A DNA stretch of 64,000 nucleotides from Blastocystis sp. Blastoise (taxonomy: Eukaryota > Protista > Bigyra: Opalinata): contig JBBPEB010000014.1 of NCBI GenBank assembly GCA_039096225.1, forward strand, positions 1 through 64,000. The letters run 5' to 3'. Positions 53,101-64,000 of the stretch are shown piece after piece. The notes under the pieces were generated by a model, which saw only the letters and a list, made by a program, of their open reading frames with translations, had not been told where the DNA came from and did not search any database. How positions within the stretch are numbered: the stretch's first letter is position 1; the number at the start of each line of letters is the position of its first letter. The position numbers were made by a program, and so were the translations under genes.

Positions 53101-54387
53101 AGAAGTAGATGTGCCATTAATATTACGTTGTACTTGATCTCCAGATAGAAATAATAATGTAGCTTCAAATTCATCATTAGTAATAGGTACATTTTGTGCT
53201 TGATGAACTTCAATAGCTATAATAATATCTGTAGAATTACCAATATAATATTGATAACTACCTGAATACGATTTTAATGTATATGCTGGATCTGATTGAA
53301 TTGCATAATCATTGGGAGATAGATCCATATTTTGAACATAATGATAAGTTAATAATTTTGAATTTATATAGATAATAATACCTTCTTTTGATTTAATGGA
53401 TAATTCTAATAACGTAATGCCAGAAATATCTTTATTGATTTGAATAGTACGTCTATAGTAACGAGTAATAGAAGAAGGAGTAGGAAATCGACCACTATAA
53501 TAATAATTCCAATTCGAATCATCATAAGAATAATAAATCCATTCTTTATAAGGAATAGGAGTAGATGTATATCTCCAAGGACTACTAGTATCTAGTATGT
53601 AATAAGCTATATAAAGCAGATGTTAGTTTTTATAGTTAAGAAGAAATACTTTTATAATAGAATTATTAATAAAATGCAAATATAAATTAAACATATATTT
53701 ACGATAGAAAGAGAATTCACCATAAGAACCTTGACTCAAAGTATATTTACTTAATACGGATAAATGTATAGATAACATTATATAAGAGCCATAATGCCAA
53801 CCATTACCCCATCTAGAGATATAATCATAAAATATATATTAAAATATATATTAAACGAAGAAGAGAATACTTATTTTTATATAAATATTTTTTATTATTG
53901 AATAAAATAAAAAAGTAGGAAAAGACTAATAAATAACAAAAATTTATAGAAAGAGAGGAATAAAAAACATAAAATCATTTATATTTCATCGAAAAACGTA
54001 GAAATTAATATATAGTACAAAGATATAATAATTATACTTAAATGAAGATAAATTATTTTGTCATTCTACAATAAATACTTACGACGATATTGCAACAACT
54101 GTATGAATAGTTGGATTCAAACATAATTTGAATGTTTGAATTAAATTTTCTTGTCCATACTTTCCTGATAAGTCAAAAACAAGAACTCCAGTGAATCGAT
54201 TACCTCGATAAATAGAAACTCTCTCATAAGTCATATAAGTAGTATATTTTCGTGTTAGTATTGTCTCTATAGTATTCTCTGGACATGTAGCGAAACCTAT
54301 GTATATATATTATATAAAAAAACATCAGTTACTCTTATTTAATAACATCAGAAGAATAAGAACAATGAGGCATATATGGATCTTCAT
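47179..54387 (-). CDS. Large type-I membrane surface protein with galactose-binding-like/F5-8-type, putative Ig (He_PIG-like) and Cys-rich repeats. Exons approx. 54387-54333, 54296-54083, 53813-53703, 53606-47179
   Basis: Spliced N-terminus MKIHICLIVLILLMLLNK resembles a signal peptide. Repeated LP.GL.....G.I.G.P Ig-like motifs alternate with C..D..W..T..G....CP.G..G...R.C modules. NAFDG/NAFDN motifs. C-terminal TM LIYIIIGSVIGITVFIIVGYFIY. The 2049-aa ORF extends in frame upstream. Confidence 0.88.
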
Positions 54388-56275
54388 TGTCTTCGTACGA
54401 ACTGTTGTTAATAACCTAGAACAAACAACCAGTAATGAAAAAAAAAACATTTTATTTCACATACTTTATTTACGGTTATGTTAAGAATGAACAGCTAAAA
54501 AACAATATTCGTTTATCTTTTGAATATGTTTCTGAAATAAATTTTTAAAATTACTATTGATTAATATTTTGTCATTCAATCATTATATGGAAAGATAGCA
54601 TGTTATGTTAGATTAAAATTCTCTGATTCGTCAAAATAGAAGTATAAAAATTATATTTTCATATTATAGTTGTGACTGAATGTAATTCACTCAGCAGATA
54701 ATCACTAGTATATCATTTGCTAAGTATTTAATTCAAATCTATATAGGTCTTAACATCTTGAATAGAAAAACTAGTTTATTTAATATTAAATAAAGTTTCT
54801 ATTCTTCTTAATTTATTATTTAAATATGAGTAGTATTCTATAAGTGAGTGAATAACGAACATGATTTTATCTAGTGATATGAAATCACTTTTTCTTCATC
54901 CATTAAGTAATAAATTCTGAAATTACAGCTATTTAATAAAATCTATATTTCCTTTTACGTATAAAGTCTTTGAATATAAATAAATAATCATCATATTATG
55001 AATTATTTCTATTTTAAGCATACATTTCTGTTAATCATTGATATTCTTATTATGAAATTTCTTTATAATGTCTCATTAATATAATGATGTACTTAGTATC
55101 TTTATTGAATACTCTGTTTAATACAAATATCAATTATTCTATTATACAAACAAAATACAAAGTAACCACGAATATACTCATTTCTATCACTCATTTTTCC
55201 AATATTTAGAGAGTATATTCATTTATTATCATTATTATCGCAAAATGCAATTCATATCACAGATTTATAATCTTTTTCTCTCAATAAGTGAGAAAGGAAC
55301 GTAAAGTAATAGAAGAACAAAATGTCGATCTGTATTTAAAGAGAAATGAGCAATTAACGTTTTTTACTCTTATAATGCAATGAAATTAGTATTATCATGA
55401 TGAAAACTCATGTGTTTACCAAAAACATTCATCATTCTTCAACGTTGTTGCTTTCTCCAATGAAAAAGAAATGGCGGCATTTCTGATTGAGCTGTGATTG
55501 CGTTCGTGAGCATAATTTTGTCATTAATATAGCTCACAATTAATCTTTAGATACCAATTTTCTGTTCATACATAATAAAGAAACTTGTTATACATAATTA
55601 CTAATTATATTTTTTATTTACACCAATTTTCATAGTAAACAACATTTAGCTACTGAGATATACTTAAAATCACATTACACTTCAAGTTTTAGCTATACAA
55701 TACCTTATTCCTTAATTCTATATTAATAATAGTTAATTTTAAAAAAATCAAACATGAAGAACGTTTAGGTGTATCATGATACTGTTTGTTTTTCAAAATT
55801 GGCGGGTTTTACTTAATATTGTTCCATATTTTTTTTTATATACACAAATAATTTTCCAGATTTTTCTTCATAGAAAAATTCGTTTTATTCATCCACAAAA
55901 AGTGATGTTGCAAATTATTCTTTCTTTTTATATATGAATTCGTTTCAAGGATATCATTGGTTTTTATCTGACCATGGGGATAAACATGAGTCATTCTTTT
56001 TATACATATTTATGTATTTTTAAAGAAAATCAGGTATTATTTCGGAATTTCCTAAAAAAATGAATGACATTTATCATGTAAAGCATTTGAGATAGCAAAC
56101 TGAATTTATATAAATCCTCAACCAATTAAAAATATTTGAATAATTAAGGTATATATATTTTCGATGAACTCTTATCAACAAAAATATACCGTTACTTATG
56201 CATAATATAAATAAATTTTATTTAGAATTGTCCTAATTTATCATTTTTTTCAACACCATAAATGATAAAAATATC

Positions 56276-58435
56276 ATGTTGAACAATAACGCATCAATAA
56301 GAAAAAGTTTTATAACTATTCTTTTATTCATATTTAATTTAAAAGCGAAATTAATTGTTCATAATGATTTCATTAGATCTATTTATTATTTTTGCCACAG
56401 TCACTATTGATTCGTTTGGAATGTCGCTTGTCATGGCTGTAATTCCTTTTTTTCTGATCAAGTAGGCGGTACTGGATTCGAAATGGGAATGTTCTATACA
56501 GCTTATTCTGTAACACAAATGATAAGCATGTTATTTATTCATTTTTACCTAACGATCATTATCATAATTAGGTGTGTATTGTATGGGTTCTTGGTCAGAT
56601 AAGTATGGTAGAAAGTTATTTTTGATTCTGTCGTTATTTGGATCGTTCACAGGTATAATTAAATTATTATTTAAAAGACATTATTTTCCATTTAGGTCCA
56701 TTATTACAATCTTTTTCAAAGTCCATGCTTGTAATGAATATATTCAGAGCTTATACTGGGCTATTAGCTGGTAGTGTTACTATAGGTCAGGCTTCCATAG
56801 CTGATTTATTTCCTCCTGAAAAGAGAGGAAGTTACTTTAGTTACTTATTGGGAATATCTTCATCAGCTTATGTTATTGGTCCAGCTATTGGAGGAGCTTT
56901 AGGAGCTATCTCACTTCAGATGCCATTGTATATTTATATTTAATATTTATAGTATTGATACTAATTGTATATAGTTGGGTATCCGGTGTATGTGCAGGAA
57001 TTGTTTTCTTTATGTTGTCTGAAAGAAACTAATGCAGCTGTTATTAAGAAAGAAAAGTTGAAAGCTAGATATCATCAACTTCTCAAAAAGACTGGATTAT
57101 GTATTTATTTATTTAAATTATAAGTTGTATAGTATATAAATTTTATATTATAAATTGTGTATCAAATAAATTTTTATTATAAATTGAATATCATATAAAT
57201 TTTATATCACAAATTTTTATATCATATAAATATTTTATTCTATAACATATATATATAGCTGAAGAAGAAAGCCAAGAAATAGATTCTATTAAAGAACAAT
57301 TAGATGGAAATAATAAGAAAAGTATGATAGAATTACATATTCATACATAAATATATCTAGAAACAAAGAAAAAAAAAAGAATCAGCAAAGATCCATTGGA
57401 ATAAGTTTATGGTATGTTTTATTACACACAATATGTAATATATTATATTATATAGATATTTTGGTTAGTTATAAGATTTATGAATGAGTGTATATCCGTT
57501 ATTCTTGCTAGTTAGTATGTTTACAAATATATATATATATATATAATATGTATATATAGTTATGGTCTATTTATCATCAATGTTATTAAAGCAACTTCAA
57601 TACATTATACGTATATATATATTATCAATATTTCATATTAATTAAAAATATATATAGAGTTTTCTTGTGTTCTGTTGGAATTGCTGCTGCACTTATTCAA
57701 ATCATATTTTTACCTCTTTTTAAGGATAAACTTCATTTTAATGTTGGTATATGTTATCTATAAATATAAAATATATATTACTCTATATAGTGTATATCGC
57801 CATCATTGGATCCATTATTATGTGTATGTAATACTTATACTCAATTATTTTTATATATCATAAGCTTATCATAATAATTTCTTAGTAATAGGAACAGTTG
57901 TAGCTACTTTCCCTCCATCACCGTGGTATGCTGCTATTTCAGGATTCATTATATTTGCTGGATTCTCTTTCATTAATCCAATTTCAGTTATGGTTTTATC
58001 TGTATGTATTATTACTATTATGTTTATTATTATCATATAATTTTTTAGTATAAATAAATATACTTATTATTATTATTATAATCATTATAATTTCATTAAA
58101 TAAAGGTTCAATCGCCTCCTGAATGTCAAGGAAAAGCTCTTTCTGCAGGTATATATATATTTATTTATATACATTTATTTTAATCAAAAATATAGCTACA
58201 ATTGTTTCTCAATCGGTGTATATCATTATTCCATTAGTTTATGGATCTTTCTATGATAAGTCTCCTTTTTGGTCTATTTGTTCAACGAACATATTTGGTA
58301 TCTTATATTATCTTTCATTATCTTTCTATTACTTCTTGATGATACTTTTATTACATATATTTTTTCTTAGCAATTCTCATTGCACTGGTAGGCATTTTCA
58401 CGGATATCAAAAAAGCGACAAATGAGAAAAAGTAA
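56276..58435 (+). pseudogene. MFS transporter (TetA/DHA1-like), multi-exon, with apparent frameshifts (pseudogene or assembly errors)
   Basis: TM1 LFIIFATVTIDSFGMSLVMAVIP; motif A GSWSDKYGRK; ASIADLFPPEKRG; motif C-like GPAIGGAL. Frame breaks at T7 56447-56453 and near 57015. Confidence 0.8.
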
Positions 58436-58756
58436 ACAAAAAATTTTAAGACACTTTTCAGTCATAGCGAATAGAGTGGCCAAAAAATAGACTAATTTTG
58501 TCGGGTATGTTGTTTGTTTTCATTCGTTCAGAATTCTTTTAGAAACGTCATTTTCTATTTATTTATCGTTGTGTGAATGATAATAAAAATATATATAACA
58601 AAAGACAATAGATAATAATAAAATAATTATAACAATAAAAAGAAAAGAAAATAATAATTATTTATAATATTTTTGAGTAATTTGATATCATTTTGGATCA
58701 CTATATATACATAAATGATAGAAATGATAATAATATAGATAACATATAAATATATA

Positions 58757-59165
58757 CCTTTATATATCACTTGTAGAATACCCCTTGAAGAAAAACCACA
58801 ACTATAAAAATATAATTTATAAAAATAAATATATTATAATAATATACCTTCAACCACCAAACAGACTAGACCAAGAGAAACCTCATGAAGGACCTAGAAC
58901 CTATATAAAAATAAAAGTAGTTAATTTTAAAAAAATAAAATATAATAAAATACCTTCAAAACCAGGGAGTTGTTAACCAAGGAGACCGACAACAACACCT
59001 GAACCTATAGAAGATGATAATAATAATAACAAAGAGAATGCTAAAAATATATACCTTTAATAGCACAAGATTTCTAGTTACATAGACCCCACAACTCATT
59101 GTTTAACTTTAAAGAAGAAGACCAATTAGGACCTATTTGAATCTATTTGGATAGATCATGAAGAC
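58757..59165 (-). other. Spliced-looking locus (four GC-richer exon-like blocks) without a clean ORF
   Basis: Blocks ~59056-59164, ~58954-59004, ~58848-58900 and ~58758-58801, each flanked by minus-strand ATAG|...AAG|GTAT; stops in every joined frame tried. Confidence 0.45.
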
Positions 59166-60039
59166 TATAAAGTTTAAGGCAAATAAAAAATATTATATAC
59201 ATCTTATAATATATAAAAAATATCTGAAAAATAAATAAAAATAAAAATAAATATGTGAAAATATTAAATCTTAAAAATAAAGAGAAATTCCCCCTTATAA
59301 AATCTTTTTTTCTATAATAAAAGTTTGTGTAAATTCGTTGTTTCCAGGGGTTAAAACATTTTAAAAATTTCCCTTTTTCTCTTTTATAAAGTCTATTTGA
59401 ATTTTTAATTGATATATAAATGTTATATGTGTCTATTAAGCTTAATTATTTAATTATAACAGATTTCCGGACTTAATTAAACAAGAAAATTGTTATTTTA
59501 ATAAACTATAATTACAATTAAATATATTTGTTAGTTATTTTTATATAATACTATTCTATTTATAATAAGAATGCAATAGAGAATCAAAATATGTATTTAG
59601 TATAGCTATTTATGAAGATACAATTTACAATTGGCAACTTTTGTTTTATAATATGTTTTAGTTCAACGAATCATATATTATTATTAGTGAATAAATTAAC
59701 TGAGAATGTCTGAGAGGTTTTTAAGTTGTTTTAGACATTATAAAGAAAGCAATAAAATATAAATAGAAACTGTATTTATGTTAAACACCTTTTTATGCTA
59801 TTCTAATAGAATTCTTTTAAAATAATCTTATTCTTAATTATCTACAAAACAAAATGTATATAATAAATAAATATAACACAATAAAAACAGATAAAATAAA
59901 TATTAAATAATATATATAAATATAAGTAACATATCATTATAATATATATAATATGTATATGTAAGGAACTTCTTTCTATCCTATATATATATATGACTAT
60001 AAAACTATGTATAATATATATATATATATATATATATAC

Positions 60040-63422
<3,383 letters not shown>

Positions 63423-64000
63423 CTATATATAATATAATAAGATTAGCATAAAATATTATAATATCATTACTATTATAAAGCAAATAGGCAAAAAAATTCC
63501 CATTGGTCAGTTTTTGGAAAAACCATTTGATTGGCTAAGGTATACTATAGTTTGTACCCACAACTCCTCTAAACTTACGGGGAGTTAACTTTTGGTTGAA
63601 ACACAGTTCAATACGATATAAGCTGTAGTTTTGCACCGTATATTTGGTTAAGCGATATTGTTTATAATTAAAAAGTTATTAGTAAAAAAACAGAAAACAT
63701 GATTTTTGAGTCGTTTTTGATTGGCTCTTTGGGATCGTCCCGATAAAAATTGTTGACCAGACAATTGAAAAATAAACATGGGGTAAACTTGATTTTTTCT
63801 CAATCCCACAATATACGTTATCCGTGTTTATTCTTTATATTTATCTATTTTTTAATACTTTTTCATATTGAACACGTGAGGCCTTAACGGTCAAATTTAG
63901 ATTGTCAATTTGACATCATATTCTGATTCAGGAGGTCAAAAAACCTAGGTGTACCAATTTTCAGCTCCTGAGGACGATTTTTGAGTGATCGATATTTTCT

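Overview
Very AT-rich, intron-containing eukaryotic DNA. Surface-protein architecture, short GT-AG introns and a TGTTTGTT 3' motif suggest a Blastocystis-like protist, which is inference only. The core is a tandem 5S rDNA array (18 apparently identical minus-strand 5S genes, ~750-795-bp units, ~7958-46775) in contact with three DNA transposons, all in the spacer so that no 5S gene is broken. (1) An intact-looking autonomous Helitron (RepHel 2940-7685; hairpin + CTAG end at 7957; 5' end not seen). (2) A 4.4-kb non-coding Helitron-like element (14916-19323; TT...hairpin-CTTG, A|T target, no TSD), inserted ~33 bp from the first element's site. (3) A 20.4-kb Mutator/MULE element (21260-41629; 9-bp TSD at -23..-31 of a 5S gene) with a six-exon DDE/SWIM transposase. 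The most unusual signal is inside the MULE: two 69-nt tRNA-like cloverleaves (36149-36217 and 40258-40326). They have B-box T-arms and downstream T-runs, lack the canonical linkers, and differ by five compensatory base-pair changes, so they look like a structured ncRNA family carried by the transposon. Right of the array lie a ~2,270-aa surface protein gene, a frameshifted MFS transporter, an ORF-less spliced-looking locus and a decayed gene. Most short ORFs in the track are low-complexity artefacts.
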